This document shows, piece after piece, positions 38,289-48,812 of a DNA stretch of 64,000 nucleotides. How positions within the stretch are numbered: position 1 is the first letter of the stretch; each line of letters opens with the position of its first letter. Below the pieces are notes generated by a model. The model was not told where the DNA came from. It did not search any database and saw only the letters and a program-made list of their open reading frames with translations. This DNA comes from an uncultured Christensenellaceae bacterium (lineage in GTDB: Bacteria; Bacillota; Clostridia; Christensenellales; UBA3700), in the NCBI GenBank assembly GCA_944381345.1, contig CALWKU010000080.1:2891-66890 (forward strand), given 5' to 3'. The translations under genes were made by a program, and so were the position numbers.

Positions 38289-38316
38289 AAAATGCCCGGC
38301 TGAGCCGGGCGTTTTT
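38288..38316. terminator. Bidirectional terminator between thiI and the PBP gene
   Basis: AAAAAT-GCCCGGC-TGA-GCCGGGC-GTTTTT. Confidence 0.85.
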
Positions 38317-40526
38317 CATTGCCGCAGAACGACGACTTCGCCGACTGTCTCTTCTCCGCGGTCGTCGAGATAGTACGGAATGATCGCATACGACGGCGGG
38401 AAAAGCGAATATGCTCCGTCGCTTACGGTCACGACGCCTTCTCTGTCGGAGATGTCCGCGACTATGCTGTCTCTTGACAAAAATCCCTTTTTGATCACCC
38501 TGTAACACAGCCGAGGATCGGCGTCGAAGGCAATCGTGACCGCGTCGCCGCCGTATTCGATACGCGCGTTTGCGGCGCTAGGGCGGTCGAACGTCGTATT
38601 TACGTCTACCGGCAGACGGTCCGAGGCAAACAGCTCCGTTTCGCAGGCATATCTCGGTGCATAAGGGGACGCGATCGTCAATTTGCCTTGTTTGAGATCG
38701 TAAGCGTCGAGCCTCACTTGCGTTATCCCGTCGGGACGTTTGAATTCGCCGCCGGAGCCGACTACGTCAAAAAATTCGCGCGCAAATATCGTCGGCGTTC
38801 CTCCGCCCGTGTCGGATACAAATTGAGAATAGTCGGGGCTTCCCGTCCAAAAAAGAGCTGCGCACGACGGAGTGTAGGCGACGCAATAGGCGTCGTGATT
38901 GCCCTCAGACGAACCGACCGTACCCGTCTTGGCGGCGACGGTGAATCCGAGCGGAGACAGTTTTTTTGCGGTGCCGTCACAGGCACAATCCACGAGACAA
39001 TCGGTGATCAGATAGCTTGTTTGAGGCGAAAACACCGGCTTTGCGTCGATATTTCTGCGATAAACCGCATTGTCGTCTGCGTCGAAGATCGCACTGACGA
39101 GCGCAAGGCGCGCATAATCGCCTCCCGAGGCGAGCGTAGTGTAGCCGCCAAGCAGATCGGGGAAAGAAACGCCCGCTTGAGTCGCGCCGAGAGCAAGGGC
39201 GAGATCGGCGTTGTCGCCCGCGTCTATGCCCATCGATGCGAGCGCAGCCGCTCCCTCGTCAACGCCTATGCTTTGCAGCGTCTGAACGGCAGGGACGTTG
39301 AGGGATAACGACAAAGCGCGCCGCGCCGATACGTCTCCGTAATAAATATCGCCGTAATTGGACGGAGAATAGTCTCCAAATGACTTACGCGAGTCGTCCA
39401 ATATGCCGGCGGGAGATAGTATTCCGCACTCAAAAGCGGGCGCATAGGCGACGAGCGGCTTGAGCGCTGAGCCGCTCTGACGAGCAAAGCCGGCGAGATC
39501 GAGCGCAAAGTCCGCATACACCGCGTCCAACGCATAATTGTTCACGTCGGCAGACAGCCCCGCTTTTATGCCGTGCGTTTCGCTTCCGTCGATAGATTTA
39601 ACCAATGCGTCGAGCTTGTCGTAGTCGAGGTAAGTGAACACCTTGTAACCCTTGGCGACAAGTTCTTTTTCGCTTATGCCGAGTATAGACGAGGCCTCGG
39701 CAAGCGCGTTAGAAAGATAAATTTGATCGAAATTATTCTCATTTAACTCATTTTTTATAACAATCTTTGCGTTTTGCGCCACATTGTGTGTATTATCGTC
39801 GATCAATCCCTGTTCGTGCATCAGATCAAGCACTATCAGTGCGCGCTCATGCGTAGCTTGAAGATCGTTCAGCGGATTGACATTGGACGGCGCTTTTACG
39901 GTAGCGGCGAGCATTGCCGCTTCGAGCGGAGACACCTTGTCGAGGCTCTTGCCGAAATATCTTCGTGCCGCATTCTTGACACCGTATTCGCCGTTGCCGA
40001 AATAGAGCATATTGAGGTAGTATTCGAGAAGCTGTTCTTTTGAGAAGTTCTTTTCGAGAGTTACGGCGATCCTCGCCTCTTTTATTTTGCGCTCTAAACT
40101 CTTTTCCGAACTTAAATAGATGTTCTTGGCAAGCTGTTGAGTGATCGTAGATCCGCCTTCGGCAAACGAACCGCTTTTGATGTTTTTCAAAGCCGCGCCC
40201 GCCATCCTGATATAATCTATTCCGTTATGCGACCAAAATCTCTTGTCCTCGACCGCTATGAACGCGTCTTTTACTATATCCGGAATTTCGTCGTATGTCG
40301 CATAACTATCGCTGCGGGCGCAATATTTCGCCAGTTCGCCGTTTGCCGCGTATATCTCGGGCGGCTTTGCCGCGGTTCTCAATCGAGCGAAGTCCACGCT
40401 TTCGCCCGAATTAAGATACATCAACGCGATAGCCGCCGTCGCAAGCGCCGCGATAAGCCCGGTGAGCGCGACCGCAAAGATTATCCGCGTAAATGCGCTC
40501 GTCTTGAATTTGCCGCTCCTGTTCAT
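38316..40526 (-). CDS. Class A penicillin-binding protein (PBP1A-type transglycosylase/transpeptidase)
   Basis: It has an N-terminal TM segment, GT51 motifs (AVEDKRFWSHNGID, GGSTITQQLAKN, RKIKE), and a transpeptidase SxxK (SALKP), SxN and KTGT. The start at 40526 has an AGAGG SD, and the 113 upstream codons of the track ORF are rejected. Confidence 0.9.
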   Translation of the reverse strand: MNRSGKFKTSAFTRIIFAVALTGLIAALATAAIALMYLNSGESVDFARLRTAAKPPEIYAANGELAKYCARSDSYATYDEIPDIVKDAFIAVEDKRFWSHNGIDYIRMAGAALKNIKSGSFAEGGSTITQQLAKNIYLSSEKSLERKIKEARIAVTLEKNFSKEQLLEYYLNMLYFGNGEYGVKNAARRYFGKSLDKVSPLEAAMLAATVKAPSNVNPLNDLQATHERALIVLDLMHEQGLIDDNTHNVAQNAKIVIKNELNENNFDQIYLSNALAEASSILGISEKELVAKGYKVFTYLDYDKLDALVKSIDGSETHGIKAGLSADVNNYALDAVYADFALDLAGFARQSGSALKPLVAYAPAFECGILSPAGILDDSRKSFGDYSPSNYGDIYYGDVSARRALSLSLNVPAVQTLQSIGVDEGAAALASMGIDAGDNADLALALGATQAGVSFPDLLGGYTTLASGGDYARLALVSAIFDADDNAVYRRNIDAKPVFSPQTSYLITDCLVDCACDGTAKKLSPLGFTVAAKTGTVGSSEGNHDAYCVAYTPSCAALFWTGSPDYSQFVSDTGGGTPTIFAREFFDVVGSGGEFKRPDGITQVRLDAYDLKQGKLTIASPYAPRYACETELFASDRLPVDVNTTFDRPSAANARIEYGGDAVTIAFDADPRLCYRVIKKGFLSRDSIVADISDREGVVTVSDGAYSLFPPSYAIIPYYLDDRGEETVGEVVVLRQ

Positions 40527-40578
40527 GCCTCTATTGTGTGCAATCGCCGATATTTTAGCTATATCGTTGACAAAGCGT

Positions 40579-40607
40579 TTGAGTTTTACGCGCGCATACG
40601 CTATAAT
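40579..40607 (+). promoter_or_regulatory. Sigma-A-type promoter abutting the miaB start codon
   Basis: TTGAGT, a 17-nt spacer, then TATAAT (40602-40607). ATG 40614 lies 6 nt downstream with no SD. Confidence 0.5.
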
Positions 40608-40613
40608 ATATCC

Positions 40614-41930
40614 ATGCCTACATTTGAAATAATCACATACGGGTGTCAAATGAACGTACACGAATCGGAAAAGATCGCCGGGATATTGATGTCGCGCGGT
40701 CTTACCGAATGCAATGACGGCGAGCCCGACGTAGTGGTATTCAACACATGCTGTATCCGCGACAACGCCGAGCGCAAGGCGATCGGGCAGATAGGGCGGT
40801 TCAAGCAGCTCAAAAAGTCTAACCCCGACGCGGTGATAGCGGTCGTGGGCTGTATGACGCAGCAAGACGGAGCAGGTTTTGCTTTGCGTAGGAAGTTTCC
40901 GTTCATCGACATAGTTTTGGGCACTTCCAATATCGAGAAGATCGGAGAGTACGTGAGCGACGCGCTATCCTCGCGCACATGCCGCGTCGAGATAGACGAC
41001 GACCCGCGTCCCGCGATAGTCGAGGGCGTGCCGTACCATCGCTCGAGCGGCTGCAACGCATGGATCAACATCATGTACGGCTGCAACAATTTTTGTTCCT
41101 ACTGCATCGTTCCGTATGTTCGAGGGAGGGAGCGCAGCCGCGCTAAAGAGGACGTCTTGGCGGAATTTGAAAAAGCCCTTTCCGACGGATACAAAGAGGT
41201 CACGTTGCTCGGTCAAAACGTCAATTCTTACGGCAACGACAGAGGCGACGGCTACGGCTTTGCGTCCTTGCTCGAAGATCTGGCTAAATACAAGGGCGAT
41301 CATCGTATTCGTTTCATGACGTCTCACCCCAAAGATATGGACGACAGAGTGATAGACATCATCGCCGACAGTCCAAACATCTGCAACAACATCCATTTGC
41401 CGCTGCAATCGGGGTCGGACAGGATACTCAAATTGATGAACAGGCACTACACGCGAGACGACTATCTTGCGATCATAGAAAAGATACGCGCCAAGATGCC
41501 CGACTGCGGGATCACTACCGACCTCATGGTCGGCTTTCCGTACGAAGACGAAAATGATTTCGAGGACACGCTCGACATGGTTCGCCGCGTTGAGTGGTCC
41601 AACGCCTTCACGTTCGTATATTCGCCGCGTCGCGGCACGCCCGCCGCAACAATGCCGCAAGTGCCCGCCGAAGTGTCCAAGCGCAGGATAATGAAATTGA
41701 TCGCCGAACAAAACTCGGTCACACGCCGCTTGTCCGACGCATATGTCGGCAACGTGTACAAAGTGCTTTGCGAGGACGCCGTCGACAAGAACGGTAAACT
41801 GACGCTCTGCGGCAGGACGGAGAGCGGCAGGATGGTCAATTTCAACGGCGATCCTAAACTTGTCGGCAGTTTTTGCGATGTAAAGGTGACTCGCTCTCAA
41901 TCGGCTTCGCTGTTCGGGACAAGGATATAG
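40614..41930 (+). CDS. miaB: tRNA-2-methylthio-N6-dimethylallyladenosine synthase MiaB
   Basis: The UPF0004 domain (TYGCQMN..FNTC), the radical-SAM motif CNNFCSYC and a TRAM domain are present. Confidence 0.93.
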   Translation: MPTFEIITYGCQMNVHESEKIAGILMSRGLTECNDGEPDVVVFNTCCIRDNAERKAIGQIGRFKQLKKSNPDAVIAVVGCMTQQDGAGFALRRKFPFIDIVLGTSNIEKIGEYVSDALSSRTCRVEIDDDPRPAIVEGVPYHRSSGCNAWINIMYGCNNFCSYCIVPYVRGRERSRAKEDVLAEFEKALSDGYKEVTLLGQNVNSYGNDRGDGYGFASLLEDLAKYKGDHRIRFMTSHPKDMDDRVIDIIADSPNICNNIHLPLQSGSDRILKLMNRHYTRDDYLAIIEKIRAKMPDCGITTDLMVGFPYEDENDFEDTLDMVRRVEWSNAFTFVYSPRRGTPAATMPQVPAEVSKRRIMKLIAEQNSVTRRLSDAYVGNVYKVLCEDAVDKNGKLTLCGRTESGRMVNFNGDPKLVGSFCDVKVTRSQSASLFGTRI

Positions 41931-41938
41931 GAGGAGTT

Positions 41939-44530
41939 ATGGCTATCTCACCGATGATGAAATACTATCTCGAAGTCAAAGAGAAGTACAAGGACGCGAT
42001 CTTGATGTTCAGGCTCGGCGACTTTTACGAGATGTTTTTCGAGGACGCCAAGCTGTGCAGTGAGGTGCTCGATTTGACGCTGACGGGCAGAGATTGCGGG
42101 TTGGAACAGCGCGCGCCTATGTGCGGCGTGCCGTATCATGCCGTCGACGGATATATTTCCAAGCTGATCAACGCCGGTTACAAGGTTGCGATCTGCGAGC
42201 AACTCTCAGCGCCTCAGGCGAGAGGTCTTGTCGAGCGCGACGTAGTGCGCGTGATCACGCCCGGCACGGTGATAGAGGACGACATCCTCGACGACAAAAA
42301 GAACAACTATCTTGCATGCCTCGTGATGACGGAAAAAGAGTTTTCCCTGGCATGGGTGGATGTATCCACGGGAGAATTCAACGTCATGCAAAGCGAATAC
42401 GCGGATTTCGCGGCGATAGAGGATATGCTGACGACGATCGCCCCCGCGGAGATCATCGCCAACGAGTTTGCAGCCGAAAAGGTGCGCGAACTTCCCGATA
42501 TGCGCAAGTCGCGTTTTGCGCCCGTGCAGCGTTACCACGATTGGATATTCACCGAAAACAACGGCGCAGCGGCTATGAAAAAACAGTTTTGCGTCGACAA
42601 TCTCTCAAAGTACGAATTCGGCGAGCAAAAGCTGTGCTACCGTTCGGTCGGCGCGTTGTGTCTCTATCTCGAAGAGACGCAAAAGCGCGCGCTCACCCAC
42701 ATCAAAGACGTCAAACTGGTGCGCAGCAGTCGCTTTATGGTGTTGGACGCCAATACCCGCCGCAACCTCGAATTGACGGCAAGTCTGCGCGACGGCACCC
42801 GCCGCGGCACGCTGCTCAAGGTTCTCGACCGCACCCGCACTTCAATGGGAGCGCGCAATCTGCGCCGTTGGCTGGAACAGCCGCTGCGCGATTCATGCGA
42901 GATAAACAAGAGGCTCGACGCGGTCGACGCGCTCGTCAAAGGGGCTCGTGTGCGCAGCAATCTCGACGAACTTTTGTCGCTTGTCAAGGATCTCGAAAGG
43001 CTGGCGTCCAAGATTGTTTACGGCAATCCGTCTCCGCGCGACTTTATCTCGATCGCGCAATCTCTCGCGCCCATGCAGGAGATCAGGAATTTTCTTTTGT
43101 CGACGGGGGAGCGCTATCTCGCCGAGATATCGGACAACATCTTTACGCTTGCCGAGGAGCGCGCGCGCATTCTCGACATCCTCGACGAAAATCCTCCCGC
43201 TACTACCAAGGACGGCGGTTTTGTTCGCAAGGGGTTCAGCTCCGAACTTGACGCCTGCCGCAGCGCAAAGACGGACGGAAAGAACTGGCTCGCCAAGCTG
43301 GAGAGTGACGAGCGCGCCGAGACGGGAATAAAGACGCTCAAAGTAGGCTTTAACAAGGTGTTCGGATACTATATCGAGGTCAGCAAGGGCGCGCTCGACA
43401 AAGTACCGATCAGATATGTCCGCAAGCAGACGCTGACGACGGGCGAGCGCTTCATTACCGAGGAACTCAAACAGATAGAGGACAAGATTCTTAACTCAGA
43501 AAGCCGCGCAATCGAGATCGAACTTTCGCTGTACGAGCAGTTAAAATTGGAGATGCTGCAAGTCATTCCGCAATTGCAGTCGACGGCGCGAGCGATCGCA
43601 GCGGCGGATACGCTCCTTGCGTTTGCAAAACTCGCGGGAGACAACGACTATTGCAAGCCGATCATCAACGACAATACCGAAGTTATAGAGATAGTGGCGG
43701 GCAGACACCCCGTCGTCGAGTCTTTGCTTGCGAGCGGCGCGTTCGTTCCCAACGATACCGAACTCGACTGCGGGCAAAACCGTACAATGGTCATCACAGG
43801 TCCGAACATGGCGGGCAAGAGTACTTATATGCGTCAAGTCGCTTTGATAACGCTCATGGCGCACATAGGCTGTTTCGTGCCGGCTGCTTCGGCGAAAATA
43901 GCGATCACAGACCGCATCTTCACCCGTATCGGCGCGTCCGACGACGTCGCTTACGGTCAAAGCACGTTCATGGTCGAAATGGTCGAGGTCGCTACGATAT
44001 TGCAAAACGCGACCATGCGCAGTCTGCTTATCCTCGACGAGATAGGAAGAGGGACGTCTACGTTCGACGGGCTTTCGATCGCCAAAGCCGTACTCGAAGC
44101 CGTGACCGGCAAGATAAGGTGCAAAACGCTGTTTTCTACGCACTATCACGAGCTGACTTCTCTCGAGAGCAAGCTCGAGGGCGTCAAGAACTATAAGATA
44201 GTAGCTTCCGAGCGCGACAACGGCATAGTGTTTTTGCACAAGATAATGCGCGGCGGCACAAACAAGAGTTTCGGAATTGAGGTCGCAAAACTTGCAGGGG
44301 TGCCCAAAGATGTCATCGCGCGAGCCAAGCGTATTTCGGCGGATCTCGAAAAGGATGCGCTCGACAAGCGCAGCGAACGAGCCGCTGCCAAAGAACCGGA
44401 TCTCGTAACGATGATGAACACCAACGGCATCCTCGACGAACTGAGAGCGTGCAACGTAGACGATATGACGCCGATACAGGCGTGGATGAAACTCGGCGAT
44501 CTTGCCAAAAAGGCGAGGGAGGACAACTGA
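41939..44530 (+). CDS. mutS: DNA mismatch repair protein MutS
   Basis: TPMMKQY-like PMMKYYLEVKEKY, the GDFYEMFFEDA mismatch-binding motif, Walker A GPNMAGKST and DEIGRGTST are present. A GGAGGAG SD precedes the start. Confidence 0.97.
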   Translation: MAISPMMKYYLEVKEKYKDAILMFRLGDFYEMFFEDAKLCSEVLDLTLTGRDCGLEQRAPMCGVPYHAVDGYISKLINAGYKVAICEQLSAPQARGLVERDVVRVITPGTVIEDDILDDKKNNYLACLVMTEKEFSLAWVDVSTGEFNVMQSEYADFAAIEDMLTTIAPAEIIANEFAAEKVRELPDMRKSRFAPVQRYHDWIFTENNGAAAMKKQFCVDNLSKYEFGEQKLCYRSVGALCLYLEETQKRALTHIKDVKLVRSSRFMVLDANTRRNLELTASLRDGTRRGTLLKVLDRTRTSMGARNLRRWLEQPLRDSCEINKRLDAVDALVKGARVRSNLDELLSLVKDLERLASKIVYGNPSPRDFISIAQSLAPMQEIRNFLLSTGERYLAEISDNIFTLAEERARILDILDENPPATTKDGGFVRKGFSSELDACRSAKTDGKNWLAKLESDERAETGIKTLKVGFNKVFGYYIEVSKGALDKVPIRYVRKQTLTTGERFITEELKQIEDKILNSESRAIEIELSLYEQLKLEMLQVIPQLQSTARAIAAADTLLAFAKLAGDNDYCKPIINDNTEVIEIVAGRHPVVESLLASGAFVPNDTELDCGQNRTMVITGPNMAGKSTYMRQVALITLMAHIGCFVPAASAKIAITDRIFTRIGASDDVAYGQSTFMVEMVEVATILQNATMRSLLILDEIGRGTSTFDGLSIAKAVLEAVTGKIRCKTLFSTHYHELTSLESKLEGVKNYKIVASERDNGIVFLHKIMRGGTNKSFGIEVAKLAGVPKDVIARAKRISADLEKDALDKRSERAAAKEPDLVTMMNTNGILDELRACNVDDMTPIQAWMKLGDLAKKAREDN

Positions 44531-46404
44531 TGCCCGACATCAATATACTCGACAGCAGCGTATATAACCTGATATCGGCGGGCGAGGTCATCGAAAGACC
44601 CGCGTCCGTCGTCAAGGAATTGTTTGAAAACGCGATAGATTCCGGCGCAAACCGTATCACCGTCTCGATCAAAGAGGGCGGAATCAGCGAGATCTCCGTG
44701 ACAGATAACGGCTGCGGCATGGACGCGGAAAATTTGGCGAAGGCGTTTTTGCCTCACGCAACCTCAAAACTTGCCGCCGCTTCCGATCTTGACAATATCT
44801 CTACGCTCGGATTCAGAGGCGAGGCGCTTGCGTCAATCGCCGCCGTGTCAAAAACCGAGATCGTCAGCAGGACGGACGGCAGCGAGAGCGGCGCGCGCGT
44901 CTTTGCGGACGGCGGCAGGATATCTTCCGTCGTTCCGTGCGGCGCGGCTGCGGGTACTACGGTCACGGTGTCAGATCTGTTCTTCAACACTCCCGTACGC
45001 GCTCGATTCCTCAAAAAGCCAGCACAGGAAGAGAAAGCGGTAACCGATAGGGTCGCAGCTTTGATACTTGCCAATCCCGATATCGCTGTAAATTACGTAG
45101 TCGACGGGAAGTCGGTGTTTGGCACGTCGGGCGGTTTTGAAAACGCAGTCTATACGGTATATTCCACCGAGGTCGCCAATCAACTCATTTGGTTTGACGA
45201 GACCCGCGACGACGGTTACCGTGTCTACGGCTACGTCGGCAGACGTGAATTGACGCGCCACAACAAGAGTTTGCAGACCATCATCGTCAACGGCCGCACC
45301 GTTTCGGACAAGACGATCGAGACCGCTGCGACCCGGGCATACGGCGACACGCTGATGAAACGGTGTTATCCCGTGTTCGTCATAAATCTGATTGTGCCGT
45401 TCGACGAAGTCGACGTGAACGTACATCCTTCAAAAAACGAAGTTCGTTTCCGTCAGCCCAACAAAGTGTTTTCGGCGGTGTATCGCGCCGTGGAGAAGGC
45501 GCTTGCGATACAGGCGCAGACAATGATGCTGGGCGAAACGGCGGAAGAGGATAGACAAAACGCGCCCGTCACCGCGCAAGATGCGCAACACCCTGACTTT
45601 GCGCCGCGTTCCGTTCCCGATCTTCCTACGCGCGAAGTGAGAGCGGAGGACGAGCAAAAGTGGCAAAAGGCTTTGCAAAGACAGCGCGAGCGCGTCGAAC
45701 AAAGCTCCGTCTTTACACACAGCATATACAAGCCGCAGACAAAAGTAGCGTCGCCGTCCGCATTCACGATGGAGAGCGTCGTTCCAAAGGAGCAAAGCGC
45801 GGTGTTCGGCGAAATAGACGATATGCTGCGACTCGGTTATAAGGTCGTCGGGCAGTTGTTCAACACCTTCCTGATCGTCGAACAAGGCGTTAGAGCCTAT
45901 CTCATCGACCAACACGCGGTACACGAGCGTATGCTCTACGACGAGCTGCTCGCTAAGCTGAACGCCAAGAAGGTCGTCTCGCAGCCGCTGCTTGTGCCGT
46001 ATATATTGGAGTGCGACGTCGCTCAGAGCGAATTCGTAACCAAGCACGCCGCAAAACTTTCCGAACTCGGCTTTGAAATCGAGCCGTTCGGAGCAGACTG
46101 TTTCAAGATAGGCGCGGTGCCCGACGTGCTTGTCGACATCAACCTCGGCGCGTTTTTCGCAAAGCTGTTCGACGAAAGAGGAAAGATAGATTCCTACCGC
46201 AGCGGCGATATGATCACGGAGGCGCTGGCGACGCGCGCCTGCAAAGCCGCGATAAAGAGCGGGGACAAGCTTTCCGACGCGCAGATCACGGCGCTTCTCG
46301 ATTCGATGAAGGGCGGAGTGCCGCTGCAATGTCCGCACGGCAGACCGACGACTTACGCTTTTACGCGCAAAGATCTCGACAAACTGTTCAAGAGGATAGT
46401 CTGA
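44530..46404 (+). CDS. mutL: DNA mismatch repair protein MutL
   Basis: The GHKL ATPase motifs (AGEVIERPASVVKELFENAIDSGA, DNGCGM, LGFRGEAL) and the C-terminal endonuclease region (CPHGRP) are present. The ATG overlaps the mutS stop. Confidence 0.96.
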   Translation: MPDINILDSSVYNLISAGEVIERPASVVKELFENAIDSGANRITVSIKEGGISEISVTDNGCGMDAENLAKAFLPHATSKLAAASDLDNISTLGFRGEALASIAAVSKTEIVSRTDGSESGARVFADGGRISSVVPCGAAAGTTVTVSDLFFNTPVRARFLKKPAQEEKAVTDRVAALILANPDIAVNYVVDGKSVFGTSGGFENAVYTVYSTEVANQLIWFDETRDDGYRVYGYVGRRELTRHNKSLQTIIVNGRTVSDKTIETAATRAYGDTLMKRCYPVFVINLIVPFDEVDVNVHPSKNEVRFRQPNKVFSAVYRAVEKALAIQAQTMMLGETAEEDRQNAPVTAQDAQHPDFAPRSVPDLPTREVRAEDEQKWQKALQRQRERVEQSSVFTHSIYKPQTKVASPSAFTMESVVPKEQSAVFGEIDDMLRLGYKVVGQLFNTFLIVEQGVRAYLIDQHAVHERMLYDELLAKLNAKKVVSQPLLVPYILECDVAQSEFVTKHAAKLSELGFEIEPFGADCFKIGAVPDVLVDINLGAFFAKLFDERGKIDSYRSGDMITEALATRACKAAIKSGDKLSDAQITALLDSMKGGVPLQCPHGRPTTYAFTRKDLDKLFKRIV

Positions 46405-47339
46405 TGCGCGCGCTGTTCATAGTCGGACCTACCGCGTGCGGCAAATCGGCTTTGGCGATCGAATGCGCGCGACGAGCCGACAGCGAGATCATCTCCTGCG
46501 ACAGTATGCAGATATATCGTCACATGGACATAGGCACCGCAAAGACTTCCGATAGGCAGACGTGCGGCATCCCGGTACACATGACCGATATCGTAGAGCC
46601 GGATGCCGAATACAGCGCGTACGAATACGCCGATGAGGCGCTGCGCGTTGCCCGTGAAGTTTGGAACAGGGGCAAATTGCCGATCTTTGCCGGAGGCACG
46701 GGTCTGTACGCTCATTCGACCATATTTCCGTTGACTTTCGGCGCGCAAAAGGACGAGCGCGTTCGAGCGTCGCTCGAACAAGAGCTGTCGGAGCGCGGCG
46801 CGGAGGAGATGTGGCGCGAACTTGCGCGGCTCGATCCCGAGGACGCAGCGAAGATACATCCCAACAACACAAAACGACTGTTGCGCGCGCTTGAGATCGT
46901 CCGCACGGGCAATTTCAAGCCCAAAGGGGAGAGCTTGACTCCGCGTTTTGCAGTTAAGATGATCTATCTGCGTCCGCCGAGAGATAAGCTGCGCAGGGCG
47001 ATAGACGACAGAGTCGAGGCGATGTTCGACGCCGGTTTGGAACGGGAAGTGAAAGATTTGATCGGCAAGCGCGGGCTCGGCTTTTCAATGCAGAGCATGC
47101 AGGCGATAGGTTACCGAGAATTCGCCCCCTATCTCGCCGGCGATATCTCGCTCGCGCAACTCAAAGAGAACATAAAGCTGGATACGCGCAGATACGCCAA
47201 GCGGCAGGAGACCTGGTTCGGACGATACAAGTTTGCAATCGAGGTCGACCCGTTTGCGCTGTCGCTCGGCGAGCTTGCCGACATCGCGCTGTCCGACGAC
47301 GGATATTATAACGGAGAACAAAATGCTGAACATCGATGA
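46404..47339 (+). CDS. miaA: tRNA dimethylallyltransferase MiaA
   Basis: P-loop GPTACGKS, SCDSMQIYRHMDIGTAK and GGTGLY are present. The start overlaps the mutL stop. Confidence 0.95.
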   Translation: MRALFIVGPTACGKSALAIECARRADSEIISCDSMQIYRHMDIGTAKTSDRQTCGIPVHMTDIVEPDAEYSAYEYADEALRVAREVWNRGKLPIFAGGTGLYAHSTIFPLTFGAQKDERVRASLEQELSERGAEEMWRELARLDPEDAAKIHPNNTKRLLRALEIVRTGNFKPKGESLTPRFAVKMIYLRPPRDKLRRAIDDRVEAMFDAGLEREVKDLIGKRGLGFSMQSMQAIGYREFAPYLAGDISLAQLKENIKLDTRRYAKRQETWFGRYKFAIEVDPFALSLGELADIALSDDGYYNGEQNAEHR

Positions 47340-48561
47340 AAAAGTACGCGCTTTCGTCAACAAAGCGGAGCAAAATATTGCGGCGGACCTCGCGCGGGTA
47401 GACGAGATCGCACTCGTCAATCAAGCCAAAGTTCTGAATGCGTTCCATAGTTTCAATGTTGGGCAGCGTCATTTTGCGCAAACCAACGGATACGGCTACG
47501 ACGATATAGGACGGGATACGCTTGCAGACATATTCGCAAACGCGTTCGGAGCTGAGAGCGCGGTCGTTTCACCGCAGATAGTCTCCGGTACCCATGCGCT
47601 GACCGCAGCTCTGTTCGGATTGCTTCGGCCGGGCGACGTACTGCTCTCGGTCAGCGGCGAACCGTACGACACGCTCAAAGAGGCGATCGTCGGCAAGGGC
47701 GCCGGGTCGCTGTCCGATTACGGCGTGCGCTATCAAAGCGTCGCTCTAAAAGACGGCAAATTTGATTTTGACGGCATCAAAGAGGCGTTTCAAAAGCGCA
47801 TAAAAGTTGTGTTTGTCGGCAGATCGCGCGGCTACGAGTGGCGCGACGCGCTCTCCGTCAAAGAGATAGGAAAGATGTGCGAGTTTGTCAAATCGCTGCA
47901 ATCGGACGTCGTCGTGATGTGCGACAATTGTTACGGCGAATTCGTCGATACGATAGAGCCGGTCGCCGTGGGCGCGGATATAATGGCAGGTTCGCTCATC
48001 AAAAATCCCGGGGGAGGAATCGCTCCAACGGGAGGTTATATCTGCGGAAAAAAGTCTCTTGTCGAACAGGCGACTTACCGCCTGACATCACCGTCGATAG
48101 GCTGCGAGGTCGGCTCTTACGCATACGGATACCGTGAGTTTTATCAAGGCTTTTTTCTTGCGCCTCACGTTACGGCGCAGGCGATCAAGACGAGTATGTT
48201 GTTCGGCGCCGCATTCGATATGCTGGGTTATGAGACGATGCCCAAGCCCGGCGCGATCTGCCGCGACATCATACGCTCGATCAAATTTAATACCGAAGAG
48301 GAACTGACCGGGTTTGTCCGCGCGATACAATTTGCATCGCCCGTCGACGGCAACGTCACGCCGTTTGCATGGGATATGCCCGGATATGAGGATCAAGTGA
48401 TCATGGCTGCGGGTACTTTCGTCGCCGGCGCGTCGATAGAACTGTCAGCCGATTCGCCTATACGTAAGCCGTATATCGCCTATCTGCAAGGCGGTTTGAC
48501 ATACGAACACGGCAAGATCGCGCTTGCGGGCTGTCTGCAAAGTCTTGACCTTGTCAAATAA
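47323..48561 (+). CDS. Methionine gamma-lyase-family / aluminium-resistance-type PLP protein (YnbB-like)
   Basis: The N-terminus (..VNQAKVLNAFH...V...HF..TNGYGYDD.GRD.L) and GSLIKNPGGGIAPTGGY are typical of this family. It overlaps the miaA end by 17 nt. Confidence 0.8.
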   Translation: MLNIDEKVRAFVNKAEQNIAADLARVDEIALVNQAKVLNAFHSFNVGQRHFAQTNGYGYDDIGRDTLADIFANAFGAESAVVSPQIVSGTHALTAALFGLLRPGDVLLSVSGEPYDTLKEAIVGKGAGSLSDYGVRYQSVALKDGKFDFDGIKEAFQKRIKVVFVGRSRGYEWRDALSVKEIGKMCEFVKSLQSDVVVMCDNCYGEFVDTIEPVAVGADIMAGSLIKNPGGGIAPTGGYICGKKSLVEQATYRLTSPSIGCEVGSYAYGYREFYQGFFLAPHVTAQAIKTSMLFGAAFDMLGYETMPKPGAICRDIIRSIKFNTEEELTGFVRAIQFASPVDGNVTPFAWDMPGYEDQVIMAAGTFVAGASIELSADSPIRKPYIAYLQGGLTYEHGKIALAGCLQSLDLVK

Positions 48562-48812
48562 CATCACCGTTGAGGCATAGCCGCCGTTAAGGAGGCTATT
48601 ATATAGTAGGCGGCTCGCATTTTCAATGCGCCGCTTTGCAAAAAGAATAGATAAAGAGTTACCGCTAAATTAAGTCGGGACAGATCAAAACGGCCGTTAA
48701 AAGCGTCCTGCAGCGAAGATCGCCCATAGTATCAGCAAGTTGCGCAGGGAAAACCGTTCGAGAAAACGGGCAAATCAAGAGCTTCGCTGTTACGTTTGAC
48801 CTGAACGCCGCA

